Positions 40,512 through 53,991 of a DNA stretch of 64,000 nt are shown one piece after another. The stretch comes from Pocillopora damicornis (Eukaryota), in contig NW_020844266.1 of assembly GCF_003704095.1 (NCBI RefSeq), forward strand, positions 558,001-622,000, read 5' to 3'. Below the pieces are notes generated by a model. It was not told the origin of the DNA and did no database searches. It was given only the letters and a program-made list of their open reading frames with translations. Each line of letters begins with the position of its first letter. Position 1 is the first letter of the stretch. Made by a program: the position numbers and the translations under genes.

Positions 40512-43500
40512 CTTCTAACTCACACTATAGGAATATTTTCTCCATCCTTTAGAGTAGTGTAAACATAATGTTTTCTGTTCGAAGTTTGAATGTAATTATG
40601 TATCTGTTAGGTTTTGCTGTCTCTTTTTCCTCAGCACAACTAATTCACTCACACTATGAATGATCATCAGGGAATATTTTCTAGTTTGAGATAAGGTTTC
40701 TCTCGCTTTCGCAGGTGACGGTGGTTCACTTTTGTCTTCCGATGATTTCATACGTTTAAAATAGTTACTTACAGTTACGGAAAGGGAACAGTCTGACTGT
40801 AAATTTAAAGGCACACCTGATATTCAGTAAAGTCTGTTCACTTCGAGATGATATTTAGCGATGCCACCGACATAGCACATCACAAGAGTGGTGTTGTTAC
40901 TTGTGACAAAATTAGGCCAACGACGATAATATTGCTCGTAGAACATGATTCAAGCTTCGCGAGAAATAGCTAAAAACGTTAACAAATTGTTTTTTCAATT
41001 GATAATGGTAGCTTAGACTGGTTAGGTTTCGTATGAAGCTGTTCAGCCAAGAGGAAAAGAGAAGTGTGATTGAGTTTGTGGTAAGTGTATTTATTTCTCA
41101 GCACACAATACATTTGAGGTGTCAGTTGAACATTTATGAAGACCTTAGGGTAATTGTAGTTTAGGACAAGCTTGTTATAAGTGATTTACAAAGGGTAGAT
41201 CTGAATTGATAAGGTTAATTTCAAATCGAATTAAATAAATTAATTGATTCATATCAGAGCAAAATGAAGGTTTGAATGTGTTTTTCTTTCCCTCGAATAA
41301 TCTTAAGTTGCTCAAACCACTCCTGGAAGCAGCAAATAAATAAAACTCGCACAACACCCTCAACCACGAACACACGAAACCAGGAGCCCATTTGGCTCCT
41401 CACGAAACTTGATCCTTTGCAAACTCGGTCACCCGCGTTTTCCCGCGCTTCAAACAGATTGCTTGTCTATTATTTCTCGCTCTTCTCATTGGGTCCTTGA
41501 TCTATAAATCCTCTTTGTTCTTATTGGCTGGAGTGTAACTAATTTAAGATATTTAATCTAAATAAACCTAATTGTATGACCCGCAAACTACTGTAGTTTA
41601 AATCCTTTAGTTTTGTGACAATTGTGATCCCAAATCAGTGTCAAGGATGTTTTAAGTGGCACTCATGATCAAACTAGCTGGTAAAGCGTTATATTTTCCA
41701 AAACCCCACGACTAATTGAGAGTATCCCTATTTGAACGAGCTCAAATAACATTCTCACAATCAATTTTTATTCTTGATTAATGTCATGTCACATTTGCAT
41801 TTTTACTATTCAAGGCAAAACTTGGAGACACATCAATTGTTTAGTTCGATGTGCTTCGTTGAGCCCACTATCTACCTTGTGACAAGATTCTCCTTTTGAA
41901 TCGGAGTAAAATTTTTCACCTAGATGCAAGAGAATTGCTGAGTCTATCGAATTTCTTAAAAAAGAAAAAAAATAAACAGTTTCACGCAAAGACAAATTCT
42001 TAAGTGTCGTTTCACGAGTTTTTCGAGGTTATTCTTACGTCACGACCTGGGTCACGTCAAGTTCTGTAATGGTTTATTTGATGAATACTTATGACGCGAA
42101 TTCCTATGGAGTAAAAATAACAGTTTGGGACGTGATCAGAATTCATGGGTTTCTCCTCTTGTAACTGGGTCAAGTGATGTTTTGACAGACAAAAGATGTC
42201 TAGCGAAGAAGCTACACCAAACAAAAACCGAAAAATCTAATTGATTAAGCTTTTAAGAAGCAACATCATACACTTGTTACGCAACGATACATTTGCACTT
42301 GTTCTGTAAAGAAGGCGGGAAAAATTTACGGTCATGCGCTCCTAATAATAGCGAGGGAATGAACGTTAAAACTACAGTATTCTACTTTCTTTAAGCGAAG
42401 TTAATTGTATGACCTACACTTCGTTATGAGCACAAGTGCATGTGTTGTTATGTTTGTCAAAAACCAAGAGAAGCGATAACATTTAGACACGCCATGTGCT
42501 GACTTAGCTAAAGACGTGTCGGAAACGGATTAATGAATTCTAATGAGAAAACAAAACTTAAAAATAAGGAGACGTAAATCTCTCTGATTATCATAATAGT
42601 TGAGTCTAATGGATGTTTCTGTGGGTAGGTTAGGCTCTTAATGTTGTTTACAAGATGCCCGCCCACGTTTCTGTAGCGCAATCAAGCGCTGGAGGCTCGT
42701 AATGTTTAGAGAGTATTCTTGTTTCTTTTAAGTTTGTGCGTAATCTTTACTTAATATCATAGGCGCTTGATGAGTTGAGCATAATACGCTTGTCACTTAT
42801 AGGCAGTTTCCTTGACAGGCCCTGACAAAAGGAACAATACGTTTTATATTAGCTGCTAAATTCATTTAAACTTGTGAATAAATGTCGCGGATCAGTGGAA
42901 TTACCTCTTAAGAAATTTAACGACTACCACATACATGTTAAGTGTGATAAAGGCCGGCTCATGTAACCGTACTGACGCAATATCTACTAGCTCGACAAGG
43001 AAACTTAGGTGGGTTTTTTTCAACTACTGAAGCAATATTCAGAATCAATCAGTCGAAGTCAGTGATTTCGACTGATTAAACTGAGTTTAATAAGATCTGC
43101 AGTCATTGTCTGAAAATAGAAGGGTATTTTTTTTATTACAAAGAGGGTAAAAAACAGCGTCGCACACAATTTGTTATAGCTGACTCAACGATCTACATCA
43201 AGGAAATCCTTTAATATTTCAAGGAATTTATACACACGGATGGTGGACCTGTATCTTATTATTACTTTATCTGTCATTGTTTTGAATCGATAGTGTTTAA
43301 AGTTTTATTAGAACAATTGTTAAACTGTTGTTTAGCAGACATCATCGGCTGTCAAAGACCTACATTGTGGACGGAATCTCAGATTTCAACTGGTTAACAG
43401 TTTGCACGTGTACTCCACAGGAAGACAATAGAATAGCTAGTTCTTCAGTTGACAACTTGTACCGATTAGAATTCTTTCACGGTCCTTGGTGGTGAGCGAG

Positions 43501-43534
43501 TACTTGGAGAGGTGGAATCAACTAAGCCACATCA

Positions 43535-46500
43535 ATGGTTTGCTCCAAAGTAGGCAGCCATGACCAGATGAACAACATGAACGACGACACAAACGGTGAT
43601 AACTTTGGTAGAAGCAGAGTTATTGACATTTTAACACCAGAGGGAAAGACACTGAAGATGCACATACAAGACAGCACAACGGTAGGATGTATAAAGATTG
43701 ACTGCGAACTTCTCTGCGGAATCCCATCCGACTTACAACTTGTAAAACTTCAAGACAAGGAGCTGGGCAACGATGAAACTATTGACATTTCGGACGGGTG
43801 CACTTTGAAAGTAACCGTTCAACAATGGTGGCAGAAATTCATTTCAGCGTGTTACAAAGGAGACACAAAACAAGTCAGAAAAAGAGCTTTGGTGAAAATG
43901 AGTCAGATTTCGCGCGAAGAGCGGAACTTCACTGCGGCATTCATCGGGGCAGTGAAGGGGAACCACAATTTAATGTTTGCAACGTGTGCAGGAAGGAATA
44001 TGAATCTTCGCACCAAAACTAAATTGAGTGGTAGAAATCTTCTCCATGCTGCAGTGTCCGGCGGGAGCAAAAGCTGCGTAGCGAATATTTTCATGAACGG
44101 AGGCAACGCTTTGCTAGAGGTACCGGATAACACGGGAGAAACACCAATAAAAATGGCGGAGAAATTATACGGCGATTCTGGCGAACTTGTGAACTTTTTA
44201 AACGTTTATCTTGAACTCCATCGGCGCGATGCAAAATGTTCTGGTTCGTCTAATAGCTTTTGGGACAACTTCGAGCGAAACAATGACAGCTCAGGTGGAA
44301 TTAGCGCTGATGATAAGTTTGATAATAGTGATAATAGCCGGCCACAATTTAATGAAAACATGGACAGTCAGTTGGGGGATCTGTCTTCAGACTCTGACGA
44401 ACGAACAGAGGAGAAAAAAACGACAAACTACACCGAAACAAGATTTTGTAATAACAACTCAGCCACCCCGTTGACGAAAGTAAACATTGTGGACTATGAC
44501 GCCACCGTGGGTCAAAACTCGTCACACGTCAGATTGGACGGTTTCTCAAACTCTGACAATGAACAGATTGGTGCAAACTTCAAAAACGAAGGCTCCAGCG
44601 AGCAATGTTATATACCCAAGAGTGATACGGGATATTACAGTGGTAACAATGAAAGTATACGAAAAGATACAACTCATGTCACGGAGATGCTTTGGAATGA
44701 GCATTTGTTTACACAAGCGAACACACCTCTAGTGGGATCAACAACAGGCCACGAGCTTAGTTTAGCACACAGTCGTTCAGGAGACGACAAAGAAGTTAAT
44801 AGTATGTCATTACTCTCCGCTGACCCAACCTATGCTGACTCTAATGAATCAGACAGGAGAGCTCAGCCCCGAAATCAGGGTATCGAGGAGCAAAGGAGAA
44901 AACGGACAACAACGGAGAGGCCGAATTTAGAAATGCTTTTGTCGATGAGTTCCGAAAACAGTGCCTCGCCGGTTCTTTCGGCTAGCCCTGAAAACGAACC
45001 ACACAATAGCGAAAGTGTCGTGAACGAGTCACGTGACGATCAGCAGGCCAACGAAGAAAACAAGAACGAGCCACATGACAAACAATGTTGTGCGAACACG
45101 GAGAGCGAGGTCGTTAATGCAAGGAACGACAAAGCTACCTTGCCCACGGCCACATCTTCTGAAAAGTGCAACATCGTTACTTCTCATTCTCCGAAGCCCC
45201 TCCGAAGAGCCCAACTGAGAAAAAAGTCTATCGTGGAGCAGCAGAGGAGGCGTCGATCCATGGCTGGAAGACCGAACCTGGAGGAACTTATCCGAAAACG
45301 CGAAGAGGAATCTGAGCAGGAGAACGCCTCGGAGATAGGCAAAGAGGAAGGCTCTGGTGCAATGGATTCAAACGAGACAGGACCAGTTGCTTTGGTCATC
45401 ACGACAGAAGATTCTAGTAGTCTAAAATGTAAAGAAAAATCAAATGATGCAGACTTTAAGGATGAAGGATTAATCACAATAAAAAATATGGAGAAAGAAA
45501 ACACTGGTTATGAATCGAAGGAAAAAAATTTTTCTGCTATAGACTATCAAGGAGAGGAGTCTCCTGTTTCAGCCAGGTACGTTCTGCAAATGTGGCAAAA
45601 CCAGGCCCTAGAAAATGCGTCAGGAGACGAAACGGACACAACCTGCTCCCCAAAAACGCCAAGGAGAGCCCTTCTCAGAAAACAGGTGTTCATGGAACAA
45701 AGAAGGAAACGATCCGCCACCGAAAGACCGAATCTTATCAAGCGTCTGGATCCTCACAAGAAAGATGACGATGGAGATGAAAAACTCGGCCATGAAGAAA
45801 TAGAAATTATTCGCCATGGCAAAGGCCAGGAAAAAACGAATAAAGACAGCAAAAACAATGACTTGGTTTTTCCAGTCGACCAAGGAGGAGCTCTCGAGTC
45901 AGACTTTTCATCTGCTAATTCAGGCGAGAGTGCATCAACGAAAGAACAAAATGTGGAATCTAAGAAAGCACCGACAAACCCACCATTAACAGGAACATCA
46001 CAAAAAAGGGTTCCGATAAGGGTCACACACAGACGCTCCAATGTTGGCCATTTACTGGAAGCTCGTGCCAGGAAGGACCTAAGAAGCAACTGGTCATATC
46101 TTAGTGGTGACGAATCTGACGTAAGCGAGACCGAACAGAAAGTAGTTGACGAAACGGTGATGAACATTAGAACTTCCTCAAAAATGCAAAGAAGAAGACG
46201 CCTACCAATGGTTCCAAACAAAACTATGAAACTACCTCTCATTAAAATAGAAGACAGTGGCACTTCTACTGGCTCGGACCCAGGGGATACTCACGTGCCC
46301 AAGCGAAGTCAGGTGCACTATTCTGGGTCTGTGGGTGGTGATGAGAAATCATTCGTTCTGAATGACAATTTCAAGGTTCCCTGTCCTTCTGTTGGCCGAT
46401 CCCGTTCAGGTTCAATGTGTAGTGAGGATTCAGCATCATCTGAGGAGATGCTCGGAGAGAGAAGCAGGCAAGTAAAGTATTTCGAATTAACCATTGTTTA

Positions 46501-47882
46501 TTATTAAAAGTAACGAGAGAAAAGAATGATAACCCCCAAGGTTACTTACGTTTTACTTTTGGGCTAGGGGAGGATTATAGTTTGGTTCCAACACAAAATA
46601 GCGAAATTTCAGCGAAGTGTCAGAAAGAAAAACGATTAAACGAGGAAAAACAAAAAAAAAGGGGGGGGTTTCACTTCGTTTTTACAGATAACAACATGAA
46701 ACTACAGGCCAGAGGAAGTTAACATATTCTATCATCTACAAGCTTGATACAGAAATGTATCAAGCTTGTAGTAGGCTTAGATTAGTTGTGTAAAGCTAGG
46801 CGGAGTGGACATTATATGATTGATTCTTCATTAGAAGTATACCTCAGGAACCTATTATCAAATCTCGTTTTTTAGAGGAACGTATCTTTTGCAGGGCCAA
46901 AAGTGAGGGAGAGACTTCTAGTGGTTCTCAGCCAATTTCAATTTCCTTCGTCAAAAACCTTCCAGTCAGTCAGAGAAGACAAAGTGTTCCAGACACCACG
47001 TTTGCTCCGACACAGCACATTAACCCAACCAGGACAAGAAGGTGTTCTGTTCAAGTAGAAGATCTTGACGAACAAGGGTAAGACGCTAATTATTCAAACA
47101 ACCTCACAGTTATTCTTGGCACTCGGCTAGCGTATTCGCGCAAAATCATGCATAACGCGCTCCTTAATAAAATGAAAGTAGAGGATCTCCGTAAGAGAGA
47201 GATAATCCACAAGAGAAACTCAACATTTTTTGACAATCCCCATGTTAGCTAGTCTTTTCTCTGTGGGAAGGAGTCTGATGTCATAATAAAAATTATATCA
47301 CTTATTTATTTTGATCATTGACCTCTCACTTCATTTACTGTAAAATCATATCTTTTGTTTTGTTTCAGCTATCAAATAAGCCCGCAACTTCGCGCGAGAC
47401 TAAAAATGCGCGAACGCCCTCGTGAAAATTTACCATGGAACGAATGGAGGGCAGGTAGGAGGCGGTCTAGTTCCTTACAAGACGCTAACAAGGATGAAAA
47501 CTTAGGGCCGGAAAACACAAACCAAGGAGAACTTCATAAAGACGAGCTGAGCGACAAACGCGCCGACATACGTGGTGAGACGCGCGAAGAAACACGCGTA
47601 GCGTGGAACGAAAAAAGGCGACCGGAGTCTGCTAGGTATGGAACGCACTGCCGAATGACGTTCACTGAATGGCTCGATAACAAAGAAGCGTTAGATAGGT
47701 CTAGACCAACCTCCGCGCAGAGAAGAAATGAGCATGCAAAAGACGATACTAATCACCAGAGTCAGACAGCGAAAGCGTACAAGGAATGGCTGCGGAAGAA
47801 AGACCAAGAGGCTTTGGAGAAAGAGGAGATGCTGGGAAGGAAAGGGAAGAAAAAAGTTCATAGGACATATCATAGAAAGTGA
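43535..47882 (+). CDS. Ubl-ankyrin-coiled-coil protein, paralog B, ~1209 aa; exons 43535-46467, 46895-47077, 47369-47882
   Basis: Same N-terminal motifs (TVGCIKIDCELLCGIPSDLQ, WWQKFI, KMSQISREER, GRNLLHAAVSGG). AG|gcaagt GC donor at the position homologous to the paralogs' donors, a 183-nt phase-2/2 exon, and a last exon with PWNEW, TFTEWLDNK and AYKEWLRKKDQEAL. Confidence 0.75.
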
Positions 47883-50800
47883 TTGAGTAAAACTTGGATG
47901 GTATGCCTGCAATCACAGTTCCAATGCTATTTCTTACTTGACTCGTAATGTTATACTTTCATATTTGTTTGAAGAAAAAAATGCGTTACGCCTCCAAGCG
48001 TATCAATCCAGCCGATTAAATTGAAGCAAATCTTGCCCCAGCAATTTGACTCAGTGAAATTTAGTTGTCACTCAGCTTGTCATGACATTACTAAGAACAA
48101 ATCACCCAAAAGCTTTTAGTAGAATTTGACTGGACTTTATAACAATTTATATGTAAAGTAATTTCGAGGTGGAATATGCTAATGAAGAAATTGTGACGTC
48201 TGTTGCACTTGAACCTAATTAGGAGAATTTAAGGAGAAAGTGTGCAGTGTTATGAAATATTACACTTTTTGCCATCTACTTCCATCCAATCAAACACAAA
48301 ATGATTTAGATATTGGGGCAAAAGTAAGAAAAATCAGATTTAATTTCTCCCGTTGCTGTTAATGTGATGCTTAAACTCACTGAGTGAGGTCAATACTGGA
48401 CATGTATCTGATGTTCCAGACTAATAACATAACACAAAGAGGTTGATATTTGGAAAAATCATTGGTAAAGACAAAAATTGAACGATGTACCTTGTGTTCG
48501 ATTCATTGATTCATGCGTTTACTAATAATTATTTTCCGGTTGAAGGTTTTAAATCCTCGCTATGTATTAAAAAATTGATACATATATCTATATTTATTAT
48601 CCAACTGCACCAAGTAGAGTACAAATAACGCAAGAATAGAGTACAAATATCCTGCGATATTTTACGGTTATTTAGACAGTTGGTTATTTTGTACTGTAAA
48701 AAAATCTGTTTAACTAGTCGGCAGCGCGCGCTACGCTTCTCTATCCGCTGTGCTTTTCCCACCTTTTGAGAAATGAGAAGAAATACTTAGCAGAAAAAAA
48801 GCAGCTGGATAATAAATAACTTATTAGACGTTTTGATGTGTAGTATCGCTGAATATTTTTAAGAGTTGTTCGTGTTTTGACTCGTTTTACGGGCTCGTCA
48901 AAATACGGCAGTACGTTTCATTATAGAAAATTTTCCGTTGCAATGTATATTGAGTTTAATTATTTAATTTGCTTTTCATTCGTGGCTTGCCTCTCGCGCA
49001 TTACGCAAGAAGTTGTTTACCTCAAAAAATTGTTTATTCACGTGAAAAACAACGAGGACACCTGTCCGACTATCATTTTCCTGGCCCCTAAGATGAAAAT
49101 CTCGCCTGCCAACAAGTAACACACACCCTATGAGCAAATGATTGAACTAAATTTGTTAAGTCTCAAAATATTCTGAGTTTTCGCTATCAAGCCGTTTAAT
49201 AACAATGTCAGGCGATGATTTTATGAGAAAAAATCTTTTAAGCTAAAAAACCAAGAAGACTTGACGAACATGGACAAAAATGACGGAAGCATTACTAGGC
49301 GCGGTTACTAAGGAGGTTCCCCTGAACCGAAACTGATCGGCCAGATTTGTCAACTCAAAACTATAGAGAAATTTCACCAATTTGCTGAAACGTTCATCAA
49401 GATAAGGCGGACACAGTCTAGGTGGGGTCTTTTCTGGCCAGTCATTACCAATTATAGTATCAATAGAGCAACAATTTGGACAAAGTTTTAAATCCGCGTT
49501 ACTATCTACTAGAGCTATTTATGACTAGACGTGTCTCTATCTCGCCAAAAAAATTAATTTTGTAATTTCTACCAAGTTTAAGGAAGAAGATTTAAACGAA
49601 GGAAAAAGAAAAAAAAACCCAAAAGATTAGTGGTGATGCTGCTCCATGGAAACATCCTTTTATTCTCATGGTAAACTGAAGTTAATTGTTCGTGCAAATT
49701 CAATCTCTCTTTAGTCATCTTACTTGTCATCATGTACTTCAAGGAGCCAGTGAACTGTACTTTCCTTGTCTTTTACGTCTTGGGAAACTATTATTTAGTA
49801 ATCAGATATCACAATTAATTAAGGAGGCTTTGCAATTGCTAAAAATTGGCCTTTTGCATTGATCTTTGAAACAACATGTGCTGTTTTTTTGTTTTGTTTA
49901 CATTCTGACAAGAGTTCATATTTTCTTGATAATGAGTTATCGTCAAAAATTACCCAATAAACCCAAAGCAATACTTAGCAGAATCGTGATTATGCATAAA
50001 TTCAACAATTACCACGCATCATTCTTATTTGTGCGTGATACGCTCTGCTCCTTGACGACTACTATCGGGAACAACAGCGATTTAACGCGTCAAACTGGAA
50101 GAACCCAGTGCGCAAGCTCACAGCGTGACCTAGCCCCTTGAAGGATACGTTTTCGTGACAACTATCACATATCACTTTGGCAAAGTATAATAATCGACAA
50201 GCTCTTGAATGATGTTGATAGCTTTGTTGGCAAAATTAGTAATAATTAAGTGAAACCTCGGTATGCGAGCAAACCAATTTGCAGATCTTTGCACACGACC
50301 ACTTCGTTCGACGTGATTTTGTGTCACAAACGAATGCCTTATCTTTATCATTAGCGAACAGATTTGCATTCCCAGTAATTCTTTCTTCTATTTTCTTTTT
50401 CAGCGCTGCAACACGATCGAGGAAGCCCATGGATTTTGACCCGGTGAGGGATGCGAGCTGGCGAGAGGTAAACGAGGAGTCTGGGAGGTTTTTGGAGAGA
50501 GTGCCAGTCTCGCCCGCTTGCTTCACCTGCCGCCTAGAAACGCATTGGCTCGGAATTGGACGCTTGTGCCGCCTACCTAAAGGGCTATGTCTTTTTGCAC
50601 GAATGCGATCAAGTTATGACTCCCATGATCGCTCTATTTCGCTTAAAAACAAAGAAACGTTTAAACTCTTTCATTAGCTATGTACATAAGTTAATGTTAG
50701 TGCAAATCTCAAAAATCATTTTGACCTTTACCTTTCGTGTCAGAGCTGAAAGCGCTCTCACACCATATTTTATTTTACACCTTTTTGTTAATCATATAGA

Positions 50801-51418
50801 GGATGCCGTGACGTTACACCCTAAACTTGTAACTCAACTGGTCAATATATAATCATTTTCTTAACCAACAGTGGTCATATCAACAGAACCCAATATACTG
50901 TGTATTACGTCACAATTACGCTTGGATAGCTATGCTTTGTTTGTTTCACACTTATCGCTAAGTACCTTCAATCGCTTTATTAAGACTGCACAAGTAATAA
51001 AACAAACTTGAGAGCCCCTTGGGGTTTACGATTTTTTTTTTCTACATAGCAATTATCTTTTTATTCTTGAGCCTTTGCAACTGCTTTTACGTTCGTACAC
51101 AAACGCAGACGTCAATAGTACTTTGCTGCGTGGATATTGCAGTGTTCTTTGAACCATCTTTCAACAGTAAACTAAATAAAGGCGCTGAATGACACGGCAA
51201 TATAATCTTGGACGTCCGGTATCATATTATCGGGAGATTCTTTCACCCCCTGGCTGGTAACATATCCAGACGATGTTGTTAAACGACGCCAAAGGTTTCT
51301 GATCAGCGACTGAAGGCACTGAACTAAAGAGCAAGAAACCAGCGGCGAAGTCAGTATTCGTCGGTCAGCTTGAAGGAAAGAAAATCTGTGAAACATTTTT
51401 AAAGGATAGCGAAAAAAA

Positions 51419-53991
51419 ATGGATGAACAAGAAGAAGGCAATGGAAGAGCGTCGATAGAGGAGGCCATAGATGTTTTTCAAGTTAACGTCCAGTTGCCAA
51501 CAGGTGAAACCTTAACTCTTGAAACAAAAGGCTCGTCAAGTGTGCGTGATTTGAAAATTATAGTGGAAGTGAATAGCGGAGTTCCGTCTGATTTGTTTAC
51601 TCTTGTACACAAACGAGCAGACGAGAATAACGTTACCAATCTCAGTGATGAAACTAAGATGGCGGACATCAACACTTTCATAGATTTAGAAGCTACCAGC
51701 GGATCCGTGACATTCGAACTAAGTATTATTCCGTGGTGGGAACGATTCGTACACCGATGTATGCAACTTGACAACCGCCAGATTTTGAAACGGATCTGTA
51801 TCAAGATGAACCAGATTTCCAGCGAAGATAGAGCGTTCGTGGCAGCTTTCATCGCAGCTCAAAAAGGCGATGGACAGCTGTTCCAGACCTTGTTAGGTGG
51901 AGATGTGAAGGTTGATGTTCAACGTACTGTCCAATGTAGTGGTCGCACTCTTTTGCATGCAGCAGTAGCAGGTGGGAATTTCTCGTGCGCAGCGGTTATT
52001 TTCATGAACGGTGGCTGGCCACTATTGTCTAAACCTGACCAGCAAGGTGTTACGCCGATGGACTTCGCTAAGAACACCAAACAGAAAGATCTGGTGGAGC
52101 TGCTAGGCCACTACGTCGAATTACAGTCTCGGGAAGCTGAGGCAATTGAGTCGACTGCCGATGAAACTGCGGATGTTGACGTTGATGCTGTCGAGTTACG
52201 TGACAATGAACAAGATGAAGACAACATTAGACACGAAAGAGAGAACGATCTCTCAGAAAGTCCCCCGCAAGATCTCGTCATCCAAAACGAGGTGACAGAG
52301 AACCTAGGAAAAGGAACTGCTGCCGACACTTTGAACGAAGTTGTAGCCAAACTCGAGATAGAACGAGTTGATCAAGAAAGACAACAGGACGAGGAAGTAA
52401 GCGAGAGATCTTCCGTTCACGTACGAACGGGATCCCAAAGGAGGCTATTTAGAGAGTCCAATATTGAAGGAAAGCTGCATAAGTCACTGAGAGCAAGCAA
52501 ATCAGTTGATTCCCACGATGGATCTTCAGCCGTGAACTGTGTGGTTACTCGAATAGATGAAATACGACCGCTGAGCGGCAAAGCTGTCCCAGGAACCAGA
52601 CAGCGCGAAGAAAAGCTTCCAAGGGTTAACACACCACCTTCATCACCCATGAATTCTCCTCGCATGCGTCGCAAATTAGTACCATCACTTCTGAACCCAG
52701 AAAGACCGGGAAGTCCTGTTCTCTACCCCAGGTCTCCATCATCTCCTCGACCCATGTCGCCTCTGGTATCTCGTTCAAGGTCCTCAACCCTTCCAGCAAT
52801 GAGACCTAATCTGGCTCCTACTTACAATTCACCTGATCTCAGAAGAAAAGCCATGACTCTCAGTGGAGGCGAAAATAGACGCGAGAGGTATGTAGCAAAT
52901 GGCGAAAAAGAGGATGGATGGGAAAGAAAAATAGGGTATTCCAGATTAAGTATGTTGATTGAAACCAGAATGTTTCTTATAGATCAATCCTTACCTTCTA
53001 AGTTTGATCGATGCTTAAATACTCGTTTCAGTACCTATACACTGTCGAGGAGGCAGGTTACGAGAATTCAGGTAATTATCAAGTTGGGGATAATGTTTGG
53101 ATCGAGTACCACATTCTTAAGATTAACCTGCAAAGGAAAGTTAAGGAAAACGAAAAGTTGGTCACTTTGGCGAATCATATTGTGAGAGGGTTCGTCAAAA
53201 AAAGTAATCAATCAATCAAACAGTCAATTAATCAGTTTGTCAGTCAGTCAGGCAGTCAATCAACCCATTATGCGCGCTAGTAGTCTCGTAGAGAAGTAAA
53301 TGGACTCCGGCACGTCTTTAAAATAAATTCAGCTGGGTTTGAATGTGAAATGAAAAAGACCAAACGGCTTTCGCTGATTTAGTTAACTTTTTTTTTAAAT
53401 TACAGAAAAATGAGCAAGGAAATGCAAGACTTTTTATTTTCACACTACCACGACCGTGAAAGCAAACCTTGGAACGTATGGAAGACAGTCAGGAAAAGCC
53501 AGTTAGACCAGTTTGACGTGTCCGACGATGATTCGTCTTCCGAAGAAGAAAACGAGAAGCTCGCGAAGTTTCTTAAAAACACGAAGTCGGATCGCCGGAA
53601 AACATTCGAGGTGTGGTTAACCGATAAAGAAGCACAGCAAATAAGAAGACAGACAGCATTGGCCGAAATGGCAAAACAAGAGACAATTAGGAAAAGGAAA
53701 GAAGCACAGTGGCGACAGGTAACTGGCAAAACACATCAGGAGTGGCTTGAAGAGCTAAGAAGCGACGACCTGAGAAGCCCAAAACCAACCGAGGGCGAAC
53801 AAAGCGACGAACGAAAGGCCGAAGCAATACGGAAATATCAGGAATGGTTACGGGCCAAGGACGAAGAAGCCTTGAAACGCGAGGATCAATTAAGGAAAGA
53901 GGCAGCTGCCAAGTTTACAGAATCGCAACAGAAACGAGACGAAAAATTGCAACGCGCATGGTTCAAGAAAAAACTGCTTAATACATCCTGA
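51419..53991 (+). CDS. Ubl-ankyrin-coiled-coil protein, paralog C, ~684 aa; exons 51419-52887 and 53406-53991
   Basis: VQLPTGETLTLE..SVRDLK..GVPSDL, WWERFV, KMNQISSEDR, GRTLLHAAVAGG, GVTPMDFA. Phase-2 intron (AG|gtatgt ... ttacag|A). Last exon has PWNVW, TFEVWLTDK and KYQEWLRAKDEEAL. Confidence 0.82.

Noticed and set aside
52888-53185. C-terminal ~100 aa of ORF 51419-53185
   Set aside because: Read-through into the intron; a consensus donor at 52887 matches the paralogs' intron position.
33322-53729. Numerous antisense/overlapping ORFs within the Ubl-ANK genes
   Set aside because: Shadow ORFs of long coding exons; no independent motifs.
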